64,000 nt of DNA. Source: an uncultured Elusimicrobia bacterium (GTDB taxonomy: Bacteria; Elusimicrobiota; Elusimicrobia; 2-01-FULL-59-12). The notes beneath the pieces are model-generated. The model was not told the DNA's origin, ran no database searches, and saw only the letters and a program-made list of their open reading frames with translations. A program made the translations under genes and the position numbers. Positions 8,651-19,435 of this stretch are shown in pieces. The stretch covers positions 1,696,001 to 1,760,000 of the forward strand of contig OY969767.1 in the NCBI GenBank assembly GCA_963702895.1. Direction: 5' to 3'. Position 1 is the stretch's first letter; each line of letters opens with the position of its first letter.

Positions 8651-9739
8651 ATGGTGAAATGGCAAAGCGCGCTCCTGGGTTGGTACGCCAAGAACAAGCG
8701 AGATCTTCCCTGGCGAAAGAGTCAGGACCCCTATGCGATCCTCGTCTCAGAGATCATGCTGCAGCAGACCCAGGTCAAGACCGTCATTCCTTATTACCAA
8801 CGCTGGATGAGCCGTTTTCCCACCTGGCGCGCGCTCGCCAGAGCCAATACGAACCACGTCTTAAAAGCGTGGGAAGGCCTGGGCTATTACGCGCGAGCGC
8901 GACGGCTGCACGCCTTGGCAAAGCATCTCATCAAGAAGTGCGGCGGAAAGCTGCCTTCCACCTATGACGCATTGATCCGCCTGCCTGGCATCGGCCGATA
9001 CACCGCAGGAGCTGTTCTCAGCATCGCGTTCCATAAGGATTTCCCAGTCCTGGATGGCAACGTCATGCGCGTGCTCGCGCGGCTCTACGCCATCCGCAAA
9101 GACATCTCACTGCCTGCGGTCCAAAAAGAGTTGTGGCGGCTTTGTGAATCCCTTCTCCCTAAAGGCCGTGCAGGCGATTTCAACCAGGCGCTTATGGAAC
9201 TGGGCGCGACGGTGTGCCTGCCCAAGGGGCCTGCCTGCGGGCGTTGTCCCCTGCGGTGGTCCTGCGCTGCCTTCCATGATCAGACCCAGGAACAACTGCC
9301 TCTCAAAAGGAAATCAGCGCGCGTGCCTCATCACGATATTGGAGCGGGTGTCATCTGGCGTCATGGAAAGATCTTGATCAGTCAGAGGCCGCTCCGGGGA
9401 CTCTTGGGCGGCTTATGGGAATTCCCGGGAGGCAAGCGGGAATCCGGCGAAGCCTTGCCGGCGACCGTGGCCCGGGAGATCAAGGAAGAGTTGGGGATTA
9501 ACGTAGCGGTGGGCCAAAAACTCGCCACCGTGCGTCACGCCTACAGCCACCTTCGAATCACGCTCCACGCGCACGAGTGTCAGTACCGCTCCGGGAAAGT
9601 GCGGGCGCTGGGCGTGCACGCCTGGCGATGGGTGCGCCCGGCCGAGCTGAAGCAATTCGCCTTTCCGGCGGCCAATCAGCCTGTTATTGCGCTCTTGCTT
9701 CAGCACCGTCCGGCGGATCTCGTTAAATGGAGACCGTGA
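8651..9739 (+). CDS. mutY: A/G-specific adenine glycosylase with C-terminal Nudix (MutT-like) domain
   Basis: RDLPWR, VSEIMLQQT, WEGLGYY, HhH LPGIGRYTAGA, DGNV.RV, CLPKGPACGRCPLRWSC Fe-S motif, Nudix box. Start at ATG 8651. Confidence 0.95.
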   Translation: MVKWQSALLGWYAKNKRDLPWRKSQDPYAILVSEIMLQQTQVKTVIPYYQRWMSRFPTWRALARANTNHVLKAWEGLGYYARARRLHALAKHLIKKCGGKLPSTYDALIRLPGIGRYTAGAVLSIAFHKDFPVLDGNVMRVLARLYAIRKDISLPAVQKELWRLCESLLPKGRAGDFNQALMELGATVCLPKGPACGRCPLRWSCAAFHDQTQEQLPLKRKSARVPHHDIGAGVIWRHGKILISQRPLRGLLGGLWEFPGGKRESGEALPATVAREIKEELGINVAVGQKLATVRHAYSHLRITLHAHECQYRSGKVRALGVHAWRWVRPAELKQFAFPAANQPVIALLLQHRPADLVKWRP

Positions 9740-9959
9740 TGCCTGATGCAAGTTGGTCGTGATCGATCCTGCATCTTGCATCACTGACACCATTCGGTGG
9801 ACGGCACCATTCGGTGGCAAAGACCAAAGCAGACCGATGAAAGCAAAAGAGCAGAGCAGAAATCTCAGCGTTCTGCTTTCCCTGTTTTGCTTTCGTTTCT
9901 CTGCTCTGAGAGTTTTGCGTTGATGCTTTCTCTTGTCCAAGCATCATGCGCGGGGGTGG

Positions 9960-11690
9960 TTATTGCGTTGTGGCTTGGTAGAGCTCGTAACGTTCGAGGG
10001 GATGGGTCGTAATCACCCAGGGAAGAGCCCCCCAGCAAGAAGCGTAAAAGCCCGCAGACGCCGGCACGTCCATCGTGCGGATAGGATTGCGGCTTTTCAT
10101 CTCGACATAAGAGATCCGTTGGAACGATTTTAAAGCTTCTCGAATATCCCACCAGGAAGACTTCCGGTAGTACGCCCGCATCAAGAGATCCCCACGTTTG
10201 TATTTCTGATCCGGCAGCGCGTTCTCCCAACCCAGAGGAGCGAGGTAGTGATGTGAGCCGTCAAAGGTATCGGCCAGGTAATACCAATGGTGCTGTGGCT
10301 TTGGCGAGAGGGCCTGGAGTCCCTCCGTTTTGAGCCTCATCTGATCAGCCAGTTTGACAATGGTATTGGCTTGGAGATAATCGCCATGGGCCACGAGGAG
10401 TGCCGTGATCGCCGTCGCGACAAAGGACGCCCGCCAAAGGATCCGAGCGCCATCATGTGCAACCAATCGAGCAAAGATCCAACATAAGACGGGGACCACG
10501 CACAAAAGATAACGCCCGGCTGTCCAAGGCATCATAATAACGAGAAGAAAGATTCCAGAAACCATCCAGAAAAACAGGAAGGCCTCTGAGGGATGCGCAC
10601 CGTTTGAGAGCCTCCTCGCAGCGACCACCACAAACGAAAGGCTACCCATGATAAAAACGACGAGGAGCAAGGCTTGAGCCGCTGAAAACCCTCCCTGAGG
10701 AGAGGCCAAAGCGGCCAAGAGAGCTAGGCCGATCCCTCCAAGTCCCACCAACCAGCCTTTGGAGATATTCCAGAGCAACGCATAGGCCCCAAGGACAAAG
10801 ACAGTCGCTCCTCCGAGAAAGCTCCCCACCACGACCGCTTTCTGGGACCACAGGAGTGGAGAAAATGACGTCATGCCCCTGGCGAGTGACGCCAAAAAGT
10901 GCGATTGGCCGTATGTCGCGATGTTCCATTGGGCCCAGAGGAGCTGAACCAGGAGAAAAAGAGCGAAAGCGAGGTACCCCGCTTTCCAGCGCCGGCGTTG
11001 GGGATCCATGAGCTGCCAACCCAGGGCGAGCCACACCACCAAGACCCCTGGGTATTTGACGAGCATCGTCAACCCCATCAGGAAGCCGCTGAGCAGAACG
11101 AGTGGCACGCTCCGTTGTTCATGGCCCTTGATCCAGGCGAGCAGCGAAACCAGCATGAACGCCACCAGAGCGCCATCGATCAGGAGCGAATAGGAGGTCA
11201 ACCAGAAAGCCGGCGTGACGGCCATCAGAGCCGCGGCGGCCAAGGGTTTGAGCGTGAATCGCTTTCCCAGAAAATACATCGCGAATAGACTCATCAGGGA
11301 AAACACGAGGTAGGACGTTCGGAGCTTCCAGGTCTCTTGTCCAAAGAGCGTGATCACACCGGCCAGGTAATAATGCAGGAGCGGCGGATTGACCATGCGC
11401 GGCAGCTGCCCGCGCTCCCAGGCCACGTTCCCAAGACCGGCGTCATCCGACGTAAAGTCGTAGGGGCGCCACGGGTGCTCCACAATCCCCTGGGCCATCT
11501 TGACGAAATAGTAATCGTCCACGAAATAGGCGCGGTGAAGAAAGGGCACAGAGGTGATCAAGGCTAATAAAGTCAACAGGACAAGGGCATGGCTGTCCCT
11601 GAATACTCCCGACAACAGCGCCTTGGCCCTCACCCTCGCCGTCCATCCTGTCCGGCTCTCCCTCTCCCGCGTGCACGCGGGAGAGGGCAA
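9960..11690 (-). CDS. GT-C membrane glycosyltransferase (ArnT/PMT-2, GT39/83-like)
   Basis: VDD.YF, NPPL, LVKYPG, RYLL motifs; many TM helices. The N-terminus overlaps a repeat, so the start is uncertain. Confidence 0.8.
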   Translation of the reverse strand: MPSPACTRERESRTGWTARVRAKALLSGVFRDSHALVLLTLLALITSVPFLHRAYFVDDYYFVKMAQGIVEHPWRPYDFTSDDAGLGNVAWERGQLPRMVNPPLLHYYLAGVITLFGQETWKLRTSYLVFSLMSLFAMYFLGKRFTLKPLAAAALMAVTPAFWLTSYSLLIDGALVAFMLVSLLAWIKGHEQRSVPLVLLSGFLMGLTMLVKYPGVLVVWLALGWQLMDPQRRRWKAGYLAFALFLLVQLLWAQWNIATYGQSHFLASLARGMTSFSPLLWSQKAVVVGSFLGGATVFVLGAYALLWNISKGWLVGLGGIGLALLAALASPQGGFSAAQALLLVVFIMGSLSFVVVAARRLSNGAHPSEAFLFFWMVSGIFLLVIMMPWTAGRYLLCVVPVLCWIFARLVAHDGARILWRASFVATAITALLVAHGDYLQANTIVKLADQMRLKTEGLQALSPKPQHHWYYLADTFDGSHHYLAPLGWENALPDQKYKRGDLLMRAYYRKSSWWDIREALKSFQRISYVEMKSRNPIRTMDVPASAGFYASCWGALPWVITTHPLERYELYQATTQ

Positions 11691-11724
11691 GGCCGAGCCA
11701 TAGCGAGAGCCGAGGGTGAGGGCA
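11627..11724. repeat. CCCTCACCC/CCCTCTCCC...GGGAGAGGG palindromic repeat
   Basis: ccctcaccctcg...ccctctcccgcgtgcacgcgggagaggg...cgagggtgaggg. Related copies in lpdA/lipA at ~39400-39525 and 40122-40222. Confidence 0.75.
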
Positions 11725-11734
11725 CGATGAACAT

Positions 11735-12448
11735 TTATTTTTCTTCCTTGAACATATCTTCGGCGGGAATGAAACGGTAGCCGTTTTTCTCGAGCGTGTC
11801 GATGACGACGATGAGGGCCTCGAGAGTTTTTTCACGGCGGCGGCCGCCATCGTGAAACAGAAACACGGCGCCGGGCTTGGCGGCCGCCACGTATTCTTGC
11901 GCCATTTGCGCGGCGCTTTTCTTCAGGAGCCAGTCCGTGCCAAAGGTCCAATGAACCAGCGCGTACCCATGTTCTTCTAACGTGGGCAAGAGCCAATGGC
12001 GATTGTTTTTGTTGAGGGCGCCGTGCGGCATGCGCACCACTTTGGTTTGGACGCCGGCCGCCCTTTGGAGCGCCGCTTCCGTTTGCTGGAGCTCATGAAC
12101 AAAGCGATCGGGATAAGCGTTCTTGGCGAGGCCATAATTGAAGTGCTTGTAGGTATGGTTTCCGATTTCATGCCCGGCATCGGCCACTTGTTTGGCAATC
12201 TTCGGAAAGGCTTCAATTTGGGTACCTTCCATAAAGAATGTCGCTCGGATATTGTGCGCTTTAAGGATTTCTAAAATCTTCGGCGTGAAAGGCCCCGGGC
12301 CATCGTCAAAAGTGAGAGCGATGACTTTATCTTTCGTTTGGCCTGTGTGATAGAAACGGCCGGCCTTATACGCCCACGCCAGGCGCGGAGAGATGGCCAG
12401 CCCCAAAGAGAGAAGCCCCAGAAGGATGACGTTCATTGTTTGCATCAT
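11735..12448 (-). CDS. Exported polysaccharide deacetylase (NodB/CE4)
   Basis: TFDDGP, GHEIGNHTYKH, RMPHG, FLFHDG. Confidence 0.92.
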   Translation of the reverse strand: MMQTMNVILLGLLSLGLAISPRLAWAYKAGRFYHTGQTKDKVIALTFDDGPGPFTPKILEILKAHNIRATFFMEGTQIEAFPKIAKQVADAGHEIGNHTYKHFNYGLAKNAYPDRFVHELQQTEAALQRAAGVQTKVVRMPHGALNKNNRHWLLPTLEEHGYALVHWTFGTDWLLKKSAAQMAQEYVAAAKPGAVFLFHDGGRRREKTLEALIVVIDTLEKNGYRFIPAEDMFKEEK

Positions 12449-13032
12449 CGTCCCAAAACCAGATTGAACGCGCTCAGGGCTGTGGCGCTTAAAAGGGGCA
12501 GCCAGAAATTGTCATGAAACGGAAGCTTTCGTGACTCGATCCAGGCCCCGGAAAGGGCCCCTGCGATCGCGACCGGCCACCGGAGAAAGAGGCTGGCCCA
12601 GAGGGCCGACACCACCACAAAGCCGGCGCTCCCCTCGAGAGTCTTGGGAGGGTTCTGGGGCCAGACCCGCTTGCCCCATTTCTTTCCACAAAGAGCCGCC
12701 GCCGCGTCGCCAAAGACGAGAAACCCCAGGGCCGGCAACACAATTCGGAAATTCGTGAAGATGAGCATCGTGCCCCAACAACCCAGCAAGGTCCAGAAGA
12801 TTGATGAAGGATGCAGCACTTCGCTTTCTCGATGAAGGCCGCGGAATTTGGCGAGACACCAGGCGTTGAGCTCGGGTCTCCGGAGACGCAGGAACTCCAT
12901 CACCGACAGGGCCGCCAAGAACAGTCCCAGAATCAAAAGGCCCAGCGGTCTGGGCAAGAACCAGTAGACGAGCAAGTACACGACGGCCAAATGATGGAAG
13001 GCCTTGCGCCGGAGCTCATTTCGAAGTGACAT
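12445..13032 (-). CDS. Phytol/dolichol/diacylglycerol kinase family (CTP-dependent, SEC59/VTE5)
   Basis: ELRRKAFH, GDAAAALCG, KTLEGS, DNF. Confidence 0.85.
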   Translation of the reverse strand: MSLRNELRRKAFHHLAVVYLLVYWFLPRPLGLLILGLFLAALSVMEFLRLRRPELNAWCLAKFRGLHRESEVLHPSSIFWTLLGCWGTMLIFTNFRIVLPALGFLVFGDAAAALCGKKWGKRVWPQNPPKTLEGSAGFVVVSALWASLFLRWPVAIAGALSGAWIESRKLPFHDNFWLPLLSATALSAFNLVLGR

Positions 13033-13723
13033 GCAGTGCTCCTCCCACGACCACCTGGGTACCTTTGGTCAGCTGTTTAACGGCCTCCAAAGTCTCCTCG
13101 CCACTGACTTTCGCAAAGCGTTTCCAAGACACCGTTCTCGGGAACAACAGTCCAAGAACGAGGATCACCGACAAAGCGTTCCCCAAATAGATCAGAACGG
13201 CTGAAAGAAATTTTCCCGCAGACTTAAGATCAGGCTGATCGATCATGAGCGCGTAAGCCGTCAGGGCCATGTGGAACCCAATCGATAAGCCTAGAACCCA
13301 TAAGAAGGCATGCCCATAACGCCGCCACTCCGGCAGGAAATAACAAGCTGTGTAAAACAGAATCATCACCAGCACCGCGTAGACCGGGAGCACGTAAGGA
13401 GCCAGGGCGATAAAGGTGTTGCTTTTATCGACCGTGACCGATCCCCCCTTTTTGCTCACATGAAATCGGCGGACTTTGGCGCCGCTCACCCAGGCGGCGA
13501 TCGCGTGGCTGAGTTCATGGCCAAAAACGTAGGTTCGAATCGGGCGAAAGAACACCCATTGCAAGGCAAAGTAACTCACGACGCCGGCAAAGAAATAAAA
13601 GGAGCCTTCGGGAACATCCTTGAAGGGGCGCAACACCGACCAAAGCCCCAACGTGACGCCATAACAGGCAGGAAGGAGCGCGACCGCTATGAAAAATCGC
13701 ATCAATTTCTTCATAAAAGACAA
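13016..13723 (-). CDS. M50-like membrane metallopeptidase
   Basis: YVFGHELSHA, IALAPY, several TM helices. Confidence 0.7.
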   Translation of the reverse strand: MSFMKKLMRFFIAVALLPACYGVTLGLWSVLRPFKDVPEGSFYFFAGVVSYFALQWVFFRPIRTYVFGHELSHAIAAWVSGAKVRRFHVSKKGGSVTVDKSNTFIALAPYVLPVYAVLVMILFYTACYFLPEWRRYGHAFLWVLGLSIGFHMALTAYALMIDQPDLKSAGKFLSAVLIYLGNALSVILVLGLLFPRTVSWKRFAKVSGEETLEAVKQLTKGTQVVVGGALHVTSK

Positions 13724-13746
13724 CGTATGATATCATGGTTGCCGCG

Positions 13747-15138
13747 ATGAAGACCCGCACAGAAAAAGACAGCATGGGTGAATTGGAGATCCCCGAGCAC
13801 GCCTATTATGGCGTTCAGACGCAACGCGCCGTCGTCAATTTTCCGATCAGCGGCTGGAAAGCTTTTCCGGAGTTGATTCTGGCCACCGCCCAACTGAAGA
13901 AGGCAGCGGCGCTGGCCAATCAAACACTCTCCCTCATAGACGCCTCAAAAGCGGACGCCATCGTAAAAGCCTGTGATGAGATGATCGCGGGCAAATTTCA
14001 TGAGCATGTCGTGGTTGACGTCTTCCAGGCTGGCGCCGGGACGTCTTACCACATGAACATCAATGAGATCTTGGCCAACCGCGGCATCGAGATCCTGGGC
14101 GGAAAGCGCGGCGACCATAAACTCCTGAGCCCCAACGATCACGTCAACTACGGCCAGTCGACCAATGACGTGATCCCCACGAGCATCCGGGTCATGATCG
14201 TGATCAACAGCACCCAGTTCCTGAAGGTCCTGCGGGACCTACGTGATGCCTTCCTGAAAAAAGGCAAGGAGTTTGACGGCCTCATCAAGTCCGGGCGCAC
14301 CCATCTGCAGGACGCCGTCCCCGTGCGGCTCGGGCAAGAGTTTCACGCCTGGGCCAGCATCCTCGAGACCCATATCGTGGCTTATCAGAGGGCCCTGGAG
14401 GACGTGAAAGTGCTGGGCATCGGCGGCAGCGCCGTCGGCAGCGGCTTGAACGCCCATCCTGAATATAGGTTTTTACTGGCCAAGGAGCTTTCCCAAGCGC
14501 TGCACACCGAGTTCCGCATCACGGACGACTTATTTGCCGCCATGCAGAGCATGTCCCCCTTTGTCGCCATGTCCGGGGTCTTGAGGAACTTGGCGCTGGA
14601 CGTCGTGAAGATCTGCAATGACATTCGCCTGCTCAGTTCAGGCCCTAAAACGGGGCTGGCCGAGATTGAGCTTCCCGCCTGTCAGCCGGGCTCTTCCATC
14701 ATGCCGGCCAAAGTGAATCCTGTGATGCCTGAGATGCTGACGATGGTCTGTTTCCAGGTGATCGGCAATGACCAGGCCATCGCCTACGCGTCCCAAGCGG
14801 GTCAGTTGGAACTCAATGTCATGATGCCGCTCATCGCCTTTGACCTCATGATGTCCCTGAAGATTCTGGAGAACGGCCTGCGGGTCTTCACCCAGAGGTG
14901 TGTGGAAGGCATCACGGCCAACGCGGAGCGCTGCCGCCATTTCGCCGAAAGAAGCGCGGCGCTCGTGACGGCCTTGAACACGCATATCGGCTATTTGAAG
15001 GCGGCAGCGGTCGCCAAGGAGGCGCTCTCCTCTCATAAAAGCATTCGCGAAATCGTTTTAGAGCAGAAGTTGATGACCCCAGAAGCTCTAGAGAAAGCCC
15101 TCGATCTGGACGCCATGACACGAGCGGCCGAAAAATAA
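13747..15138 (+). CDS. aspA: Aspartate ammonia-lyase / class II fumarase family
   Basis: YYGVQTQRA, GAGTSYHMN.NE, QSTND, GRTHLQDA, GSSIMPAKVNP. Could be FumC given TCA neighbours. Confidence 0.8.
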   Translation: MKTRTEKDSMGELEIPEHAYYGVQTQRAVVNFPISGWKAFPELILATAQLKKAAALANQTLSLIDASKADAIVKACDEMIAGKFHEHVVVDVFQAGAGTSYHMNINEILANRGIEILGGKRGDHKLLSPNDHVNYGQSTNDVIPTSIRVMIVINSTQFLKVLRDLRDAFLKKGKEFDGLIKSGRTHLQDAVPVRLGQEFHAWASILETHIVAYQRALEDVKVLGIGGSAVGSGLNAHPEYRFLLAKELSQALHTEFRITDDLFAAMQSMSPFVAMSGVLRNLALDVVKICNDIRLLSSGPKTGLAEIELPACQPGSSIMPAKVNPVMPEMLTMVCFQVIGNDQAIAYASQAGQLELNVMMPLIAFDLMMSLKILENGLRVFTQRCVEGITANAERCRHFAERSAALVTALNTHIGYLKAAAVAKEALSSHKSIREIVLEQKLMTPEALEKALDLDAMTRAAEK

Positions 15139-15157
15139 AAACCCAGGAGGAAGTCCC

Positions 15158-15724
15158 ATGAAACGACCTATGTTTTTCATCGCCAGCTTACTCCTCATAG
15201 GAGGAACCATGAGTCTTGAAGCGAAAACTGCTGTCCTTGAGACCACCCAAGGCACGATTGTTTGCAAACTCTTTGATAAAGAGACGCCGGTCACGGTAGC
15301 CAATTTTACCGGACTTGCTTCGGGCACGAAGGAATACACCGACGCCAAAACAGGGCAAAAGAAGAAGTCCCGTTTCTATGATGGCATCATTTTCCATCGC
15401 GTCATTCCCAGCTTCATGATCCAGGGTGGTGATCCCCTCGGCACGGGAACGGGCGGTCCGGGGTATCAGTTTCAGGATGAGATTGTATCGTCTTTGGTTT
15501 TTGACAAGGCAGGAAAATTGGCCATGGCCAACGCCGGTCCCGGGACCAATGGCAGTCAGTTTTTCATCACGGTCGCCCCCACGCCCTGGCTCAATGGCCG
15601 CCATACCATCTTCGGTGAAGTGACCCAGGGGCAGGACGTCGTCGAGGCTATCAGCAAAGTCGATCGCGACGCCAGCGACAGACCCAAAACGCCCGTCGTC
15701 ATTAAGAAAATTACAATTAAGTAA
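15158..15724 (+). CDS. Cyclophilin-type peptidyl-prolyl isomerase
   Basis: FHRVIPSFMIQGGDPLGTGTGGPGY, AMANAGPGTNGSQFFIT, WLNGRHTIFG. Confidence 0.95.
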   Translation: MKRPMFFIASLLLIGGTMSLEAKTAVLETTQGTIVCKLFDKETPVTVANFTGLASGTKEYTDAKTGQKKKSRFYDGIIFHRVIPSFMIQGGDPLGTGTGGPGYQFQDEIVSSLVFDKAGKLAMANAGPGTNGSQFFITVAPTPWLNGRHTIFGEVTQGQDVVEAISKVDRDASDRPKTPVVIKKITIK

Positions 15725-16213
15725 TCAGGTAAACTTCAGCCGGCTTAGGATACCGGAGAACATGGGCGAGAAGGTCGACCAGCTCTCGGCGGTCGCCAGG
15801 CACTGGACGATGTAAACGCCCTTCGGGGCGGCGATGTAGTAGTGAACGAACCTCTTACTCGAATCCTTGGCGTCTGTCCCGATGATCTTGATGGCTCGGT
15901 GACCATCGACCGTGGCATTGGAGCGGGCCCAATCCTCTGGGTGGCCTTCGGTCTCAAGTTCCTTGGCAGCTGCCCATTCAATATCCGTGATCTGATCGCT
16001 CTTTAAGACCCCGATCGCCGCTGTTCCCCCCGCCAAATCTTCATAATGGAAGGCGAGGGCCTTGGGAATCTTGCTCGGAGTCCAGTCCGCCGGCACCGTG
16101 ATGACGAGATCGAGCAGGTTGCTCTTATAAGGAACCCATCGCACTTTATCAGCCGCAAGACAAACGCTGGACAGACCCAAGAGCATCAAGAACGCATAAG
16201 GTTTGAGATTCAT
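15725..16213 (-). CDS. Hypothetical exported protein (possibly PsbP/DcrB-like fold)
   Basis: Signal peptide, VP.DW motif, VDG..A, C-terminal 'F..ILS.LKF'. Confidence 0.55.
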   Translation of the reverse strand: MNLKPYAFLMLLGLSSVCLAADKVRWVPYKSNLLDLVITVPADWTPSKIPKALAFHYEDLAGGTAAIGVLKSDQITDIEWAAAKELETEGHPEDWARSNATVDGHRAIKIIGTDAKDSSKRFVHYYIAAPKGVYIVQCLATAESWSTFSPMFSGILSRLKFT

Positions 16214-16330
16214 GCCTATTTTCTATCTTGTATCATCGAATTTGTCCAGTCCTATTCTGATTCATCAACGAGAAATGTCCCCGACCTTGCAGGGAACCGC
16301 CTTCGGAGGCGGCTTTGATATAATCCGCGC

Positions 16331-19027
16331 ATGATCTGCCTGGATACTTTCAAATGCCGCCAGACACTCCCGATCGACGGTAAACCCTTTGAAATCTTCA
16401 GCTTGGCGGCCTTCTCCAAAACGACGGGGATGGATCTTCACCGGCTGCCCTATTCGCTCCGGATCCTCCTCGAAAATCTCATCCGCCATGAAGACGGCCG
16501 CTTTGTCAAAGCGGACGACATCAAGGCGCTCGCGATGCGGGACAAAGATCACGAAATCGCCTTCTCTCCGGCACGCGTGCTGATGCAGGACTTTACGGGG
16601 GTTCCGGCCATCGTGGACCTGGCCGCCATGCGCGATGCCATGAAAGCGCTGGGCGGCAATCCTGAAAGAATTAATCCGCTTGTTCCGGTGGACCTGGTGA
16701 TTGATCACTCGGTGCAGGTCGATCAATTCGGCGACGGAGGGTCCTTCGCCCATAACACAAGCCTGGACTATGAGCGCAACCGCGAGCGCTACGCGTTCCT
16801 GCGCTGGGGGCAGAAAGCCTTTCACGATTTCCGTGTGGTTCCTCCTGGGGCCGGCATCTGCCACCAAGTCAATTTGGAATACCTTGCCGGCGTTGTGATC
16901 GCCCGAAAAATCAACGGAGCGCTTTGGGCTTTCCCGGACACGCTCGTGGGCACAGATTCGCATACCGTCATGATCAACGGGCTGGGCGTGCTCGGCTGGG
17001 GCGTGGGCGGCATTGAAGCCGAAGCCGCCATGCTGGGCCAGCCTAGCTCGATGCTTATTCCGGAAGTGCTTGGCGTTAAGCTAAGCGGCCGTATGAGGGA
17101 GGGCACAACGGCCACCGATGCGGTCCTCACCATCACGGAGAGGCTGCGGAAAAAAGGTGTCGTAGGAAAGTTTGTCGAGTTTTTCGGGCCCGGCATGGCG
17201 GGCCTTCCTGTGGCCGACCGCGCGACCATCGGCAATATGGCGCCCGAATATGGTGCCACCATGGGATTTTTCCCGGTGGATGCTCAGACCTTGCGGTACC
17301 TGGAACTGACCCATCGGTCGGCTGAACAAATCAAGCTGATCGAGACCTATCTCAAAGCCCAAGGTCTCTTCCGGACAGACGAGTCTTTCGAGCCACAGTT
17401 CTCCGACACTCTCGAGCTTGATCTTTCCACGGTGGAACCTTCCGTGGCCGGTCCCAAGCGCCCTCAAGACCGGGTCGCTTTGAAGAACGTGAAAACCTCC
17501 TGGGCCTCTTCTCTTCCCCCACTCCTTGAGAAGAAGGCGAAGAATGACGGCACTCCCACACGGATACCCGCCGACGCCAAAGCCCATGTCTCGCATCAAG
17601 GGTTCAGCTACGACCTCACGCATGGCTCTGTCGTCATCGCGGCGATCACCAGCTGTACGAACACCTCCAATCCTTCGGTCATGATCGGAGCGGGCCTCGT
17701 CGCCAAACATGCTGTGGAAAAGGGTCTCCAGCGTAAACCTTGGGTCAAAACGAGCCTGGCGCCGGGCTCCAAAGTGGTGACGAACTACCTGGAGGCCACG
17801 GGACTCCAGAAATACTTGGACCAGCTTGGCTTTAACCTGGTGGGCTATGGATGCACCACCTGTATTGGCAACTCCGGGCCACTGCCAGAACCGGTCAGCA
17901 AAGCCGTGAAAGAAAAAGATCTTGTCGTTTCAGCCGTTCTTTCCGGAAACCGGAATTTTGAAGGGCGCGTGAATTCCCAGGTCAGAGCGAATTATTTGGC
18001 CTCCCCCCCGCTGGTGGTCGCTTATGCGCTGGCGGGTCATATGGACTTCGATCCCTACACCGATCCTCTTGGAACTGGAAAGGACGGAAAACAGCTGTAT
18101 TTAAAAGATATTTGGCCTACCTCGAAAGAAGTGCAAGAAGCTGTCGGCCAGGTCAACCGGGGTATGTACGCAAAAGAATACCGTGTGATCTTTGATGGGG
18201 ATGATCGGTGGAAAGCCCTCCCTTCACCTACCGGGCAGCTCTTTCACTGGGATTCCACTTCCACGTATGTCAAAAATCCCCCCTATTTTGAAAACATTCA
18301 GAAGAAACCAGCCGCTCTGCTCGACATCCAGAACGCCCGGGTGCTCGCGGTGCTGGGGGATTCGGTCACAACCGACCATATCTCGCCAGCGGGTTCGATC
18401 CCCCAAGACAGCCCAGCCGGACAATATCTCTTGGGGCGCGGCGTTGTCCCGAAGGATTTCAATTCCTACGGCGCGCGCCGCGGCAACGATGAGGTCATGG
18501 TCCGTGGGACTTTCGGCAATATCCGTTTGAAAAACCTTCTCGCTCCCGGCACCGAGGGCGGCTACACCGTCCATCTGCCAGAGAAGTCCCCCACCACGAT
18601 CTTTGAGGCTTCCAGGACGTATAAGAAGGACAACGTTCCGCTTCTGGTCATCGCCGGCAAGGAATACGGTTCAGGCTCGAGCCGTGATTGGGCCGCCAAA
18701 GGTCCCGCCCTCTTGGGGGTCAAGGCCGTCATCGCAGAAAGCTACGAGAGAATTCACCGCTCGAACCTGGTGGGGATGGGCATTTTGCCTCTGCAGTTTA
18801 AGACGGGAGAGTCTCGAGAGTCGCTGGGATTAACCGGCGAAGAACTCTACGCGATCGACGGCATCGCTCGGGATCTGAAGCCGAAAAAAGAGGTCCAGGT
18901 CAAAGTGGTGGATGCGTCAGGCAAGGCCCGCACCTTCCACGCCGTCGTTCGCATTGACACCCCTGAAGAAGTGGAATATTACCGCCATGGCGGAATCTTA
19001 CCCTACGTTTTACGGCAGCTGGTTTAA
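16331..19027 (+). CDS. acnA: Aconitate hydratase A
   Basis: [57 protein letters not shown]. Confidence 0.97.
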   Translation: MICLDTFKCRQTLPIDGKPFEIFSLAAFSKTTGMDLHRLPYSLRILLENLIRHEDGRFVKADDIKALAMRDKDHEIAFSPARVLMQDFTGVPAIVDLAAMRDAMKALGGNPERINPLVPVDLVIDHSVQVDQFGDGGSFAHNTSLDYERNRERYAFLRWGQKAFHDFRVVPPGAGICHQVNLEYLAGVVIARKINGALWAFPDTLVGTDSHTVMINGLGVLGWGVGGIEAEAAMLGQPSSMLIPEVLGVKLSGRMREGTTATDAVLTITERLRKKGVVGKFVEFFGPGMAGLPVADRATIGNMAPEYGATMGFFPVDAQTLRYLELTHRSAEQIKLIETYLKAQGLFRTDESFEPQFSDTLELDLSTVEPSVAGPKRPQDRVALKNVKTSWASSLPPLLEKKAKNDGTPTRIPADAKAHVSHQGFSYDLTHGSVVIAAITSCTNTSNPSVMIGAGLVAKHAVEKGLQRKPWVKTSLAPGSKVVTNYLEATGLQKYLDQLGFNLVGYGCTTCIGNSGPLPEPVSKAVKEKDLVVSAVLSGNRNFEGRVNSQVRANYLASPPLVVAYALAGHMDFDPYTDPLGTGKDGKQLYLKDIWPTSKEVQEAVGQVNRGMYAKEYRVIFDGDDRWKALPSPTGQLFHWDSTSTYVKNPPYFENIQKKPAALLDIQNARVLAVLGDSVTTDHISPAGSIPQDSPAGQYLLGRGVVPKDFNSYGARRGNDEVMVRGTFGNIRLKNLLAPGTEGGYTVHLPEKSPTTIFEASRTYKKDNVPLLVIAGKEYGSGSSRDWAAKGPALLGVKAVIAESYERIHRSNLVGMGILPLQFKTGESRESLGLTGEELYAIDGIARDLKPKKEVQVKVVDASGKARTFHAVVRIDTPEEVEYYRHGGILPYVLRQLV

Positions 19028-19238
19028 GGCTCGTCACCCCGGCGCGTCGTTAGCCGGGGTCCATCATGATAGATTCCGGCCCGCCACACTGCCAGGCGGG
19101 CCGTCCTCCAAAGCTACAGTGGCGGACGGAATACTTCCTTAGGTCCTAAGACAACTTCTCCCAGAATGGTCATCCCGGCATGCCGTAAGCCGGGATCCAT
19201 AAATACCAACGATAGACCCCGGCTTTCGCCTATTAGAC

Positions 19239-19415
19239 TTTTCTCGAGTCTTTGTAGACTCTAGAAGAAGACACCGACAAGAATGGAATAAGTCTAACTT
19301 TCGCCAAGGTGAAAACCATACCCCGGTAAAGACCCCATTCTTTCGTGATCCAAAGCTAGATAGAAGTGATGTCATAAAAACCCTTAATAGGCAAAGCTCG
19401 CATCACGAATGTCGG
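19239..19415 (+). ncRNA. IS110 bridge RNA (target-binding and donor-binding loops)
   Basis: 5' hairpin 19239-19269; guides CTTTCGCC (19298), ACCCCGG (19320), ATAGAAGT (19360) and TAATAGG (19385) match the target and donor junctions. Confidence 0.8.
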
Positions 19416-19435
19416 CACTTACAAAAAGGAGCCTT

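Noticed and set aside
7967..8697. Long ORFs in several frames between tRNA-Leu and mutY
   Set aside because: No recognisable motifs, and some overlap the tRNA or mutY. The region is better explained by nested inverted repeats.
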